DNA of 64,000 bases from an uncultured Anaerolineae bacterium. GTDB taxonomy: Bacteria > Chloroflexota > Anaerolineae > Aggregatilineales > UBA3940. A program made the translations under genes and the position numbers. The DNA is taken from assembly GCA_964439625.1 (NCBI GenBank), contig CAYTPI010000001.1:4948-68947 (forward strand), read 5' to 3'. Every line of letters begins with the position of its first letter. Positions within the stretch are counted from its first letter, which is position 1. Positions 1 through 9,170 of the stretch are shown in pieces. Under the pieces are notes generated by a model that was not told the DNA's origin, did no database searches, and worked only from the letters and a program-made list of their open reading frames with translations.

Positions 1-1
1 G

Positions 2-439
2 GTGCAGCGCTACCAGAAGATCAAAGCGCAGGCGTTTCAGATGTTATTTGATGAAGGCGACCTCGTCGCATTGATCAACGCGATGGGCTGGCCTAACCGA
101 TTTTACTTCTCCTGCGATTGTGCTGGGCATGTGCTCCCATTCTACTATGAGGCCCATACCGATCCGCGCCCGGCTTATACGCTACGATTAGCCCGATTGC
201 GCCTAGTAGATAGAGCCACCCGTGAAGAATTCAACGACGCCATTGGTGGGGCGGTGCTTGCCACACGGATGGCAACAGGTTATGCGCGGACGGCTGCCTA
301 CACCACTGTGACGATCTTCAACCCAGAAAAGACTGTCTCGTTGGCGCGCAAGGCTGCCAATCAGAAACACTTTAAGCTGGCGATTGCCGAAAGCCAGTGG
401 CAAATGGAACGCGCCATGCACTATCTGACTCGTGTTTAA
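2..439 (+). CDS. hypothetical protein, C-terminal part of an ORF entering from the left edge (possibly a helical Imm5-like immunity-type protein)
   Basis: Frame open from base 2 to TAA 437-439. CDCAGHVLPFYYEAHTDPRP followed by Ala-rich helices recalls helical putative immunity proteins (recognised from memory only). Confidence 0.45.
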   Translation: MQRYQKIKAQAFQMLFDEGDLVALINAMGWPNRFYFSCDCAGHVLPFYYEAHTDPRPAYTLRLARLRLVDRATREEFNDAIGGAVLATRMATGYARTAAYTTVTIFNPEKTVSLARKAANQKHFKLAIAESQWQMERAMHYLTRV

Positions 440-489
440 GTGCAACCAACATAACATTCTACAAGCGAATAGCTTCAACGTAATTCTCC

Positions 490-511
490 TAGCCCAATGA
501 TCATTGGGCTA
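490..511. promoter_or_regulatory. perfect 22-bp palindrome TAGCCCAATGATCATTGGGCTA
   Basis: Read directly. Lies 51 bp after the stop of the first ORF and 168 bp upstream of hup. Followed by an A-run rather than a T-run, so not a canonical + strand terminator. Confidence 0.4.
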
Positions 512-678
512 AAAATTATAAGATTTGCATATGATTTTCCCGAAAAAGGGCCTTAGCCCCCAGAAAAAGGACCTTCATAGGCGATTCATATATGATTCAT
601 ATGCTTTTGGGGCTGTACTTGTCACTAAATGCCCGTATACTGGGGCACGTTTACTCTTCAGCAACACATGAGGTAAGT

Positions 679-954
679 ATGTATAAGCAGGAATTCATCA
701 AAGCGGCAGCTCAGAAAGCTGGCGTAACCGAAAAGGATATGGACAAGGCTTACGATGCCATGATCGGTACCATTCAGGATACGCTTGCTAGCGGTGAGAA
801 CGTTACTCTGACGGGCTTCGGCACTTTCAAGGTTAGCCACCGCAAAGCTCGCAAGGGTCGTAACCCTGCTACGGGCGAGCCAATCGATATTCCAGCAAAG
901 AAGGTTCCACAGTTCTCCGCTGGTAAGTCCCTTAAGGAAGCCGTCGATAACTAG
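679..954 (+). CDS. hup: HU family DNA-binding protein
   Basis: 91 aa from ATG 679 with GAGGT SD 4 nt upstream. GFGTFKVSHRKARKGRNPATGEPIDIPAKKVPQFSAGKSLK is the HU/IHF beta-arm signature. The track start at 592 only adds a non-homologous leader. Confidence 0.95.
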   Translation: MYKQEFIKAAAQKAGVTEKDMDKAYDAMIGTIQDTLASGENVTLTGFGTFKVSHRKARKGRNPATGEPIDIPAKKVPQFSAGKSLKEAVDN

Positions 955-996
955 TCGAACCTCTGACCGTCAATAAAGCGGTTTAGGTAAACGAAA

Positions 997-1040
997 CCAC
1001 AGCCCCACACTAAGAAGGTGGGGCTGTGGTACTTTTTGTT
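997..1040 (+). terminator. rho-independent terminator after hup
   Basis: Stem CCACAGCCCCA (997-1007) pairs with TGGGGCTGTGG (1019-1029), then TACTTTTTGTT. Confidence 0.85.
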
Positions 1041-1059
1041 CTTTCGCAGTGCGATGGCG

Positions 1060-1422
1060 CTATGGGAGTGTGATAGTTGGGTCGGCGTTTTCGGACTGCT
1101 CGAATTCATTGAACAGAGCGTCCATTTCGTTTGTCAGAGCGTCTAGCTCTTCTTGTGTCAGCTCACCTTCAGTAGAGGCGGGCTCTTCCGCCGGTGCTTC
1201 TTCCGCAGCCGGTTCTTGTCCGCGAGTCACATCTTGACCGTTGACGGACTCTTGAATGATAGGCTGCTGAAGGGCGGGTTCTGCCTCCTCTGAGGCCGCG
1301 TCAACGGCTGGGGGTGGAGCTTCCTCTTCGACCTGTGGCCCGCGATTGCAGGCAACTGCCGCCAGCACGACCAGCGCGACGACCAATAGCAGCATCCAGT
1401 TAGGGTTCTTTCGTTCGAACAT
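1060..1422 (-). CDS. small acidic lipoprotein, function unknown
   Basis: Signal peptide with lipobox LAAVAC, followed by an E/P/A-rich acidic mature region. Confidence 0.6.
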   Translation of the reverse strand: MFERKNPNWMLLLVVALVVLAAVACNRGPQVEEEAPPPAVDAASEEAEPALQQPIIQESVNGQDVTRGQEPAAEEAPAEEPASTEGELTQEELDALTNEMDALFNEFEQSENADPTITLP

Positions 1423-1503
1423 AGCAGCATCTCCTTTTCAGTCAAGCGGCAGAGGGCAGGTTCGTGGTACCTGCCCTTTGCTTTGGAGGATATAAAATTG
1501 GGA

Positions 1504-2046
1504 TTAGCGGTTTTCTATGATCTGCTCGAGGTCCTCGCGGATGCCTTCCATATCGTTGCGTAGTTCCTGCACGGCATCGGTAGAGATTTCGCGTGCTTCG
1601 GCGAAGTGACCACGTGCTGTTGAGATGGTGTCGCGGGCGGCCTCTGGGTCGGTGACTTCGCCACTACCATCAAAGCCGTTCCCGGCTGCAATGATGGCGA
1701 CGCCCTGCTCGTACTCAGACTTGGCGGTATTCAGTGCGGTTTCGAATTCACTGCGGGCTTGTGCTAGTTCAGCGGCTTGCTCGGCACTGGCATCATAGCT
1801 ATCAAGCTTGACGGCCCACTCATCGAGCGCCTCTAGAATTTCGTCAACGAACATGAGGCGGTTGCCCATATTCTCCGACCACAGTTGCATCGCACTGTAG
1901 GCCAGTTCAAGGCCAGTGTAGTCGCGTTGAAAATCTGGTCTTTCCTGAGCGTGTGCGCTGTTGGCGGGTGCAATAACGAATAATCCAAGGGCAATGATGC
2001 CTGCTGCTGCTAAACCGGTAACCTTTGAAACGATTGACTTGATCAT
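1504..2046 (-). CDS. secreted helical protein, function unknown
   Basis: ATG 2046 lies downstream of an AAGGAG inside the TTG-extended track ORF. N-terminal signal peptide ends in ANSAHA. The rest is Ala/Glu-rich and helical. Confidence 0.6.
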   Translation of the reverse strand: MIKSIVSKVTGLAAAGIIALGLFVIAPANSAHAQERPDFQRDYTGLELAYSAMQLWSENMGNRLMFVDEILEALDEWAVKLDSYDASAEQAAELAQARSEFETALNTAKSEYEQGVAIIAAGNGFDGSGEVTDPEAARDTISTARGHFAEAREISTDAVQELRNDMEGIREDLEQIIENR

Positions 2047-2169
2047 AATTGTTGTTTTCTCCTTCAAAAGACTGTATTCATTTCTTCACATCTGCCATCA
2101 GTGTAGCCAGTGACTAACATGGTCTAAAGTGGGCAACGTCATGTGTTAGAGTGTGTTATGCACACACCA

Positions 2170-2187
2170 ATATGACTGCTGTCATAT
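2170..2187. promoter_or_regulatory. inverted repeat ATATGAC-TGCT-GTCATAT (candidate operator)
   Basis: Read directly in the 369-bp divergent intergenic region. Shares the ATGAC-N4-GTCAT core with the site at 2354-2367. Confidence 0.35.
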
Positions 2188-2353
2188 GTCCCCTTGAAAA
2201 TGGTTATCTAAGTGGATTATCGGTAGCTGTCGATCAGCGCTTACGTTTGGCACGTGCTTTTTCCGTAGCATCCTTCAGTTTACTTGAACAGTTGAACGAT
2301 CCGCGTTGAAGCGGGCTCGGTCATTCAATCGATCTGTGCTCTGCATGAGTCGA

Positions 2354-2367
2354 ATGACAATTGTCAT
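2354..2367. promoter_or_regulatory. perfect palindrome ATGACAATTGTCAT (candidate operator)
   Basis: Read directly, 70 bp upstream of the kinase ATG 2437. Same ATGAC-N4-GTCAT core as 2170-2187. Confidence 0.35.
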
Positions 2368-2436
2368 ACTGTGCTGATGGCGGTCAGAGCGCCGGGTATA
2401 CTGGTGCAGAGGCAATTGTTAAAAGGCACAATAATC

Positions 2437-3786
2437 ATGATGAAAGCAACGATGCCTGCGGTGATCCGCAAGACCTTTTCTGATGATACTGTCGTGGGTG
2501 TTCCATTTTTAGAACCGGGTTTGCTGCGCGTTTTCCGCTTCTTGGCGAGTTTGCGACTGGCCCTGCTCAGCGTGCTCTTTGTCTCGCGGATTGCGGCTAT
2601 GGCGGCCTTATGGCTTGTGGGCAGCAGCTCGGCGAATGTGCAGCGTTACCAACGTTTGACGATCATTACTTTCGTTAACCTAGTCTTGATTCTGCTGCTG
2701 ATTATTTACCTGACGTGGCCCGTCGTCCAGAAAGTGACCAAGAAGTGGTTCCTGCCGATTGCTTTAGTAGCCGCTACGGTGATTCCCATTGTCGAACGGC
2801 TGGTTGCTCTCCTCATGCAGACAACACCTTTAGATGATGCGCTGGCAGTCAATGGCACTTGGCAGTTGATCATCACTTTGCTGGTTCCCCTGCTGTTTAT
2901 TGCTTGGCAGTATGACTTCAGAGCGGTGTTGTTTTTCGTGATCGCATCGGGGCTGCTGCAATTGGGGTTGATGCTCTTTATGGCAGCGGTTGCAGAAGTG
3001 CCCGCCCGTCAGTTTCTGTTGAACAACGGCCTTGGACTGTTGGCCCTTCGCAGCTTGATCTATGTGCTAATCGGCTATTTGATCGTTCGGATGATGGTCT
3101 ATCAACGTGAACAGCGTAACGAGTTAGCCCGCGCTAACGTTGACCTCGCGCAGTACGCAGTCACCCTTGATCAACTGGCGACCAGCCGGGAACGTAACCG
3201 CCTAGCGCGTGAACTGCATGATACGCTGGCCCACACCCTCAGTGCTCTGTCGGTACAGCTACAAGCAATGGACGCCCTTTGGGACAGCGACCCTGCTAAA
3301 GCCCACTCGATGTTGCAACAGTCTATCGAGGCGACCCACAGCGGTTTGGCGGAGTCCCGCAGAGCAATCAAGGCGCTGCGAGCGGCTCCCCTCGAAGACT
3401 TGGGTCTAACACTGGCGTTAGAGCAACTAATTGAAACGGTTGCCCAGCGCCATGGCCTGAAGCATTCTGCCTATATCAGCCAAGATATTGTGGTTACCAA
3501 CTCAGATGTGGAGCAGTGCATCTACCGTACCACGGAAGAAGCGCTGACGAATGTTGTCCGGCATTCAGGGGCAGGCAAAATCATGGTGACACTAACGCAT
3601 GCTAATGATCGCGCCGTACTGACGATTCGAGATGATGGCAAAGGTTTCGACCCTGATGCCGTCGATGGCAGCCACCACTTTGGCTTAAACGGCATGCGTG
3701 AACGCGCGCGGCTGGTCAACGGGAAAATTGATATTAGTAGCAAGCCGGGTGCAGGTACCATCGTGACGCTACACGTTGCCTGTTGA
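2437..3786 (+). CDS. membrane sensor histidine kinase, NarL/LuxR-partner type (HisKA_3 + HATPase_c)
   Basis: About six hydrophobic helices in the N-terminal half. H-box RELHDTLAHTLSAL. N/G boxes EEALTNVVRHSGA, DDGKGF, GLNGMRERA. ATG 2437 preferred over GTG 2371. Confidence 0.9.
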   Translation: MMKATMPAVIRKTFSDDTVVGVPFLEPGLLRVFRFLASLRLALLSVLFVSRIAAMAALWLVGSSSANVQRYQRLTIITFVNLVLILLLIIYLTWPVVQKVTKKWFLPIALVAATVIPIVERLVALLMQTTPLDDALAVNGTWQLIITLLVPLLFIAWQYDFRAVLFFVIASGLLQLGLMLFMAAVAEVPARQFLLNNGLGLLALRSLIYVLIGYLIVRMMVYQREQRNELARANVDLAQYAVTLDQLATSRERNRLARELHDTLAHTLSALSVQLQAMDALWDSDPAKAHSMLQQSIEATHSGLAESRRAIKALRAAPLEDLGLTLALEQLIETVAQRHGLKHSAYISQDIVVTNSDVEQCIYRTTEEALTNVVRHSGAGKIMVTLTHANDRAVLTIRDDGKGFDPDAVDGSHHFGLNGMRERARLVNGKIDISSKPGAGTIVTLHVAC

Positions 3787-3833
3787 GCAATTAATGAGGA
3801 GCAACAATGACCACTCTGTAAAGCCCTATCCGC

Positions 3834-4676
3834 TCAGTCGTACATATCTGGCACGTAGCGGAAATTATGACGCGGCGGGCGCTCGTAAGACTTGCGCCTT
3901 GGCGGTCGCTCAGGCAGGTCGATTGGCTTGGGGATCATATCCTCATACTTGAACTGACTCAGCAAATGACGGATGCAGTTTAGACGAGCGCGGCGCTTAT
4001 TGTCCGCTTCTACGGTGAACCACGGCGCTTGAGGGATGTCCGTATAGTGCATCATGTCATCTTTGGCTTTGGAATAGTCCTGCCAGCGCATCCGTGACTC
4101 GATGTCAATCGGGCTGAGTTTCCAGCGGCGCAGCGGATCATTAACGCGTTTGCGGATGCGGCGCTCTTGCTCCTCGTAACTGACGGACATCCAGTACTTC
4201 AGCAGCGTAATCCCGGAGCGAACCAGCATCCGCTCAAATTCCGGGCAAGAGCGGAAAAACTCGTCGACTTGCTGCTCGGTTGCGAAGCCCATTACGCGTT
4301 CAACGCCGGGGCGGTTGTACCAACTGCGGTCGAAGATCACGATCTCGCCAGCCGTGGGTAGGTAGGGCATGTAACGCTGAAAGTAAAACTGAGTCATTTC
4401 GCGTTCAGTGGGCTTAGGCAATGCGACGACAGTGGCACCGCGCGGGTTGAGTGGCTCCATTATCCGCCGGATGACGCCGCCCTTACCGGCGGCATCACGT
4501 CCTTCAAAGATGACGACGACCTTCTTCCCTTGGTCTTTGACCCAATACTGCCATTTGACGAGTTCAATATGAAGGCGCTTAAGCTCAGATTTGTACAGCT
4601 TCTTCGAGATGCGCTCCTTCTTTGGTGTTTCTGAGTTGAGCTTAGACTTTTTGCTGGTGTCTTCTTTCGAGGCCAT
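3834..4676 (-). CDS. ppk2: polyphosphate kinase 2 (single-domain PPK2)
   Basis: VVVIFEGRDAAGKGG Walker-A-like P-loop, FDRSWYNR and the overall PPK2 pattern. 280 aa. Confidence 0.9.
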   Translation of the reverse strand: MASKEDTSKKSKLNSETPKKERISKKLYKSELKRLHIELVKWQYWVKDQGKKVVVIFEGRDAAGKGGVIRRIMEPLNPRGATVVALPKPTEREMTQFYFQRYMPYLPTAGEIVIFDRSWYNRPGVERVMGFATEQQVDEFFRSCPEFERMLVRSGITLLKYWMSVSYEEQERRIRKRVNDPLRRWKLSPIDIESRMRWQDYSKAKDDMMHYTDIPQAPWFTVEADNKRRARLNCIRHLLSQFKYEDMIPKPIDLPERPPRRKSYERPPRHNFRYVPDMYD

Positions 4677-4775
4677 TGGTGGACTGCACTTTCTATTTCA
4701 AGCTACGCATATGGATCAGACATTCTATGCCTATCATTGTAAGGGCAAACGCCCCATTCGTGTCAGTTGAGTAGT

Positions 4776-5738
4776 CTACGGTTGCTGCGATTGCAGTATT
4801 TTCCCGACGCCACTGAGCGTATACGTGCCGATGCAGGCAGGCATCAATGCAGACTCACCGACGGCTAACGTGACTGTGTTATGGTTTTGGGTCTCAATTT
4901 TGATTGTGCCAGCCGTGCAGCTCAGTATGTGGAAGTGGGTCTGCTGGGTGTCTAAGGAAGCTTGGTTGGTATCCGCCGTCAGTTGAAACAGATTGGTCTT
5001 AAAGTAAGCCTCATTGACCAACTCGACCCGCTGCGCTGTGTCAGTCGCGGTGTGCTTCATCGGGGGTAGGCTGCCAATTCTGCTGGCGCGGATTGCTTTC
5101 TCGATGTGTAGTTCGCGTGGGTTGCCATCTAGCCCGACACGGCCCCAATCATAGAAGCGGTAGGTTGTGTCTGATGACTGCTGAATTTCATAGAGCAGCA
5201 CGCCTGGCCCAATTGCATGGACGGTGCCTGCTTCCATATAAAGCACCTGACCTGGTACGACGTGTTCATAAACGAACTGCTCGTGAAAAGTGTTCGCCGT
5301 GATAGCCTCGCGGATGCTATCTGGTGTTGCCTCATCCTTGAGACCAATGACGAATTGGGCATCGCCTTCTATTTCGATGATGTAATGGGCCTCAGTCTTA
5401 CCTCGCGGCTGACCCTCCAACGCTTCAGCTAGCGCATCATCTGGATGCACCTGAACAGAGAGCCACTTTTCGGCATCAATGAATTTGGCAAGCAGCGGTA
5501 GCCCATCAGATGGGTCGTTGTGTGGGCCAATCAGTTCAGTACCATACGTCTGAATTAAGTCGTGGACTGTTTTTTCGCTATGCTGACCGTTGCGAACCAC
5601 ACAAGATTCGTGCACCTCCCATGATTCGCCATAAGGCTCATCAGTAGGAAGCGTTTTATTGAGCTTCGTTTCCAGGCGTCTACCACCCCAAACTTTGACG
5701 TGCAAGGCCGCCTCGAGAACTAATGGGTATAGGCTCAT
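4776..5738 (-). CDS. manA: type I mannose-6-phosphate isomerase (cupin)
   Basis: KVWGG, SWEVH, LSVQVHPDD, EAHYIIE and GTVHAIGPG motifs. ATG 5738 has a GAGGT SD. The track start at 5783 is an extension. Confidence 0.85.
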   Translation of the reverse strand: MSLYPLVLEAALHVKVWGGRRLETKLNKTLPTDEPYGESWEVHESCVVRNGQHSEKTVHDLIQTYGTELIGPHNDPSDGLPLLAKFIDAEKWLSVQVHPDDALAEALEGQPRGKTEAHYIIEIEGDAQFVIGLKDEATPDSIREAITANTFHEQFVYEHVVPGQVLYMEAGTVHAIGPGVLLYEIQQSSDTTYRFYDWGRVGLDGNPRELHIEKAIRASRIGSLPPMKHTATDTAQRVELVNEAYFKTNLFQLTADTNQASLDTQQTHFHILSCTAGTIKIETQNHNTVTLAVGESALMPACIGTYTLSGVGKILQSQQP

Positions 5739-5941
5739 TCTTACCTCTAATCGTTGAAATCCTTTTTTACCAGTCACAACCATACTGATAGAAAAGCATG
5801 CCTGCTAGTTTCGAGGCTTTGCCTTTCGGAGATTATAATCTTGTTGGTTCACAAGTGTCCTAATAGAAACATTTGTGCAAACGCCCGTTTTTTAGGTATG
5901 ATATATTCACGGTTGAATTTAAACCTAGGTGTATCCCCCAA

Positions 5942-6976
5942 ATGACTGACATTAATACTAACCACGTAGAAATACCGCGTATCGCTCCCAGCGATGAACG
6001 GATGGAATTTCTTTCACGCATAGCCAGCATGTATTACGAACAAAACATGACTCAGCAAGCTATTTCAGACATGTTGGGTTATTCGCGTTCGGCTATCTCT
6101 CGTTTCCTGACGGAGGCTCGGGATGTTGGCATTGTTGAAATTCGGGTGCGTCACCCACTAGAACGTAACACGCTGCTCGAGCGTCACCTGAAAGAGACAT
6201 TTGCCCTCAAAGATGCGCGGGTGCTCGTCCGAAATGCTCTCACATATGGTCAAATGCTGGGCCGGGTAGGTGCTCTAGCTGCACGCTTGTTAGAGGAGGC
6301 TGTGCAGAATGGGCACGTGGTCGGTGTTTCGTGGGGGACAGCCGTCTATGAGATTGCCAATGCGCTGCGTCCAACGCACCGACCGGACGTCCAAGTGCTC
6401 CAAATGATCGGCAGTTTAGGCACCACTGATCCGCAAATTGATGGCCCGGAGTTGGCGCGGTGGTTCGCACATTGGTGCGGCGGTCGCTATCAAGTTTTGC
6501 CGACCCCCCTAATTGTCGATAGCCCCGAAATTCGGAACGCCCTAGTTAACGACACGCACGTTCGTGCAGCCCTCAAGCGGTTGGAGGATGTCGAGGTGGC
6601 AGTCGTTGGCATTGGTTCAACCAAGCCGCAATACTCAAGTTTAGCGCGTGCAGGTTACCTTAATGCTGAGGAAGTACAAGCCATTTCCGATAGAGGGGCT
6701 GTGGGCGATGTCTGTGCGATTCACTTCAACAATCGCGGTGACATACTGGATATCCCCATCGGACGTCGTCGGATTGGAGCCAGTCCTGATTTGCTCCAAC
6801 GGATACCAACCGTAATTGGCGTCGCTGCTGGCGACGCCAAAGCACCTGCTATTCACGGGGCTTTGTTGTCTGGCATGATCAACGTTTTGATCTGTGATGA
6901 TATCACGGTGCAGCGCGTGTTGGACATCGAAAATGCAGTAGGGCCGCTATCTAACAGAAGCAACCAGTATTCCTAA
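5942..6976 (+). CDS. SorC/DeoR-family sugar-binding transcriptional regulator
   Basis: N-terminal HTH MTQQAISDMLGYSRSAISRFLTEARDVGIVEI plus a C-terminal sugar-phosphate-binding domain (VGVSWGTAV, VVGIGS). Divergent from manA. Confidence 0.85.
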   Translation: MTDINTNHVEIPRIAPSDERMEFLSRIASMYYEQNMTQQAISDMLGYSRSAISRFLTEARDVGIVEIRVRHPLERNTLLERHLKETFALKDARVLVRNALTYGQMLGRVGALAARLLEEAVQNGHVVGVSWGTAVYEIANALRPTHRPDVQVLQMIGSLGTTDPQIDGPELARWFAHWCGGRYQVLPTPLIVDSPEIRNALVNDTHVRAALKRLEDVEVAVVGIGSTKPQYSSLARAGYLNAEEVQAISDRGAVGDVCAIHFNNRGDILDIPIGRRRIGASPDLLQRIPTVIGVAAGDAKAPAIHGALLSGMINVLICDDITVQRVLDIENAVGPLSNRSNQYS

Positions 6977-7030
6977 CTTTGACCCTTTGAATTTCTACTA
7001 TAACCGCACTCAGAAAGGAGTAATCGATAT

Positions 7031-8050
7031 ATGGCAGATGTGACTATGGGGATGACCTTGGAGGATAACAAAGCGCGTGCTTTGTTAGACCGCCTCGGTG
7101 AGGAGACAGCCAAAGAGATGCTCAAGACCATGATGGTCATCCGGGCATTTGAAGAAAAGGCTGAAGAACTTTACATGAAGGGGCAAACACACGGCACTAT
7201 GCACCTTTCAATTGGCCAGGAAGGTACCGCTATGGGTGCTTCCGCGGGGGTTCGTGCTGGTCACGACTACCTCCTGAATACCCACCGTGGGCACGGTCAC
7301 TGCTTGGCGTGGGGTAGCAAGCCCGACCTCACCATGGCTGAGTTTATGGGCAAAGAGACTGGCTACTGTCGTGGGCGTGGCGGATCGATGCACATTGCTG
7401 ACGTCGAGCGCAACAATCTCGGTGCGAATGGGATTGTCGCTGGTGGCATCCCGATCTCGGTTGGTGTTGGCCTCAGCATTCAGATGCGTAAGTCCGACCA
7501 AGTCGTATTGACGCTTTTTGGGGATGGTGCCAACAATGAAGGTGCCTTCCACGAGTCACTGAATATGGCGTCGATTTGGGACTTGCCGATTATCTATCTG
7601 TGTGAGAACAACCAATATGCTATGTCAATGGCGATTACTAAGTCGATGAATGTCGATACCGTCGCAGAGCGCGGCGCTGCCTACAACATTCCTGGTGTTC
7701 GGGTTGATGGTAACGATGTGCTGCTGGTTTACGACGCCGTCTACAACGCCGCGGAGCGTGCCCGTGCCGGCGAAGGCCCGACCCTGATTGAATCATTGAC
7801 ATACCGCTATAAGGGTCACTCCCGGAGTGATAAGCAAGTTTATCGTACTCGTGATGAGGTCAAAGAATGGCGCCAGAAAGACCCTATCCCGCGCTTTGGC
7901 GACCGTCTGAAGCAGCTCGGCATCATCACGGATGAAGAATACAAACAAATCGGCAAAGAAGCGATTGAGGAAATCGAAGTGTCAGTCGAGTTTGCGTTCA
8001 ACAGCCCAGAGCCAGACCTTTCAACTATTACGGAGGGAGTATATGCTTAA
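7031..8050 (+). CDS. 2-oxoacid (pyruvate/acetoin-type) dehydrogenase E1 alpha subunit, TPP-dependent
   Basis: HRGHGH and TPP motif GDGANNEG...ENNQYAM. AAAGGAG SD upstream of ATG 7031. Confidence 0.9.
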   Translation: MADVTMGMTLEDNKARALLDRLGEETAKEMLKTMMVIRAFEEKAEELYMKGQTHGTMHLSIGQEGTAMGASAGVRAGHDYLLNTHRGHGHCLAWGSKPDLTMAEFMGKETGYCRGRGGSMHIADVERNNLGANGIVAGGIPISVGVGLSIQMRKSDQVVLTLFGDGANNEGAFHESLNMASIWDLPIIYLCENNQYAMSMAITKSMNVDTVAERGAAYNIPGVRVDGNDVLLVYDAVYNAAERARAGEGPTLIESLTYRYKGHSRSDKQVYRTRDEVKEWRQKDPIPRFGDRLKQLGIITDEEYKQIGKEAIEEIEVSVEFAFNSPEPDLSTITEGVYA

Positions 8051-9068
8051 GACAGCTTCAGAAACCGGACAGGAAACCGCTGTACGTGAAATAACCATGG
8101 CGGAGGCCCTCAATGAGGCCATGCGTCAGATGATGGAACAGGATGAGTCGGTCTTTGTCATTGGGGAGGACATCGGTCCCTACGGAGGGGCTTTTGGCGT
8201 CACCCGTGGACTGTACGAGCAGTTTGGCGCCGAGCGCATCGTAGATACGCCGATCTCAGAGGCTGGTATCGCGGGTGCTTGCGTTGGTGCGGCTCTGACG
8301 GGCATGAAGCCAATCGGCGAGATGCAGTTCCTCGACTTTGTCACCATCGCGATGGAGCAGCTTGTGCTGCAAGCCGCCAAGGTGCGCTTTATGTTCGGTG
8401 GTAAGGCCAGCGTCCCGATGGTGATGCGCCTGCCGGGTGGTTCTGGCACCGGTGCTGCCGCCCAGCACAGCCAGTCACTAGAGAATTGGTTTGTTCATGT
8501 CCCCGGTCTGAAAGTCGTTGCGCCTAGCAATGCTTATGATGCTAAGGGGCTGCTTGTAGCAGCCGTTAATGACCCGAACCCGGTCATCTTCGTTGAGAAC
8601 AAAATTCTTTACAAGACATCCAGCCATGTGCCGGAGGAACTCTATGAAATCCCGCTGAGCCAGTCCCATGTAGTACGCGAGGGTGACGCTCTGACCATCG
8701 TTGCTTATTCGGTGATGGTGCAGCGTGCGCTTGAAGCTGCCGAACAACTTGCGGATGAGGGCATTGAGGTCGAAATTGTTGACCCGCGTACCCTTAACCC
8801 GCTGGATGCAGAGCCAATTATTGACTCAGTCAAGAAGACAGGTAAGGCGTTGCTCGTCCATGAGGCAGTGGAAGCCGGGGGGTTTGCTGGCGAACTTGCC
8901 GCTGTGATTGCCTCCAGTGAGGCGTTTGACTATCTGGATGCACCGATCCGTCGCTTGGCAGGGTTAAACATCCCAATTCCGTACAACCGGACATTGGAAT
9001 ACCACACCGTGCCGCAGGTCGAAAATATCGTTGAAGAGGCACGCAAGCTGGTTAACTTAGCATATTAG
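8043..9068 (+). CDS. 2-oxoacid dehydrogenase E1 beta subunit
   Basis: ATG 8043 overlaps the E1 alpha stop by 8 nt and has GGAGGGAG upstream. Pyrimidine-binding domain [24 protein letters not shown] and a transketolase C-terminal domain. Confidence 0.9.
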   Translation: MLKTASETGQETAVREITMAEALNEAMRQMMEQDESVFVIGEDIGPYGGAFGVTRGLYEQFGAERIVDTPISEAGIAGACVGAALTGMKPIGEMQFLDFVTIAMEQLVLQAAKVRFMFGGKASVPMVMRLPGGSGTGAAAQHSQSLENWFVHVPGLKVVAPSNAYDAKGLLVAAVNDPNPVIFVENKILYKTSSHVPEELYEIPLSQSHVVREGDALTIVAYSVMVQRALEAAEQLADEGIEVEIVDPRTLNPLDAEPIIDSVKKTGKALLVHEAVEAGGFAGELAAVIASSEAFDYLDAPIRRLAGLNIPIPYNRTLEYHTVPQVENIVEEARKLVNLAY

Positions 9069-9170
9069 CTAGATATCGGTTGAAGTGCCAATATCAGCAA
9101 AACGACATTGGCACTTTGTTATCAATCAACGTTAACTTAACCAGCAAAGCCGCCGAAAGGAAAACGATAC

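Noticed and set aside
3794-3952. 52-codon + strand ORF starting at ATG 3794, downstream of the kinase
   Set aside because: It runs antisense through the 3' end of ppk2 and has no response-regulator similarity. Only the 4-codon stub at 3807 has a proper SD.
7932-8042. Extended start of E1 beta (track ORF begins at 7932, overlapping E1 alpha by 119 nt)
   Set aside because: The extension ([14 protein letters not shown]...) is not E1-beta-like. ATG 8043 has a GGAGGGAG SD and gives the usual 4-8-nt coupling overlap.
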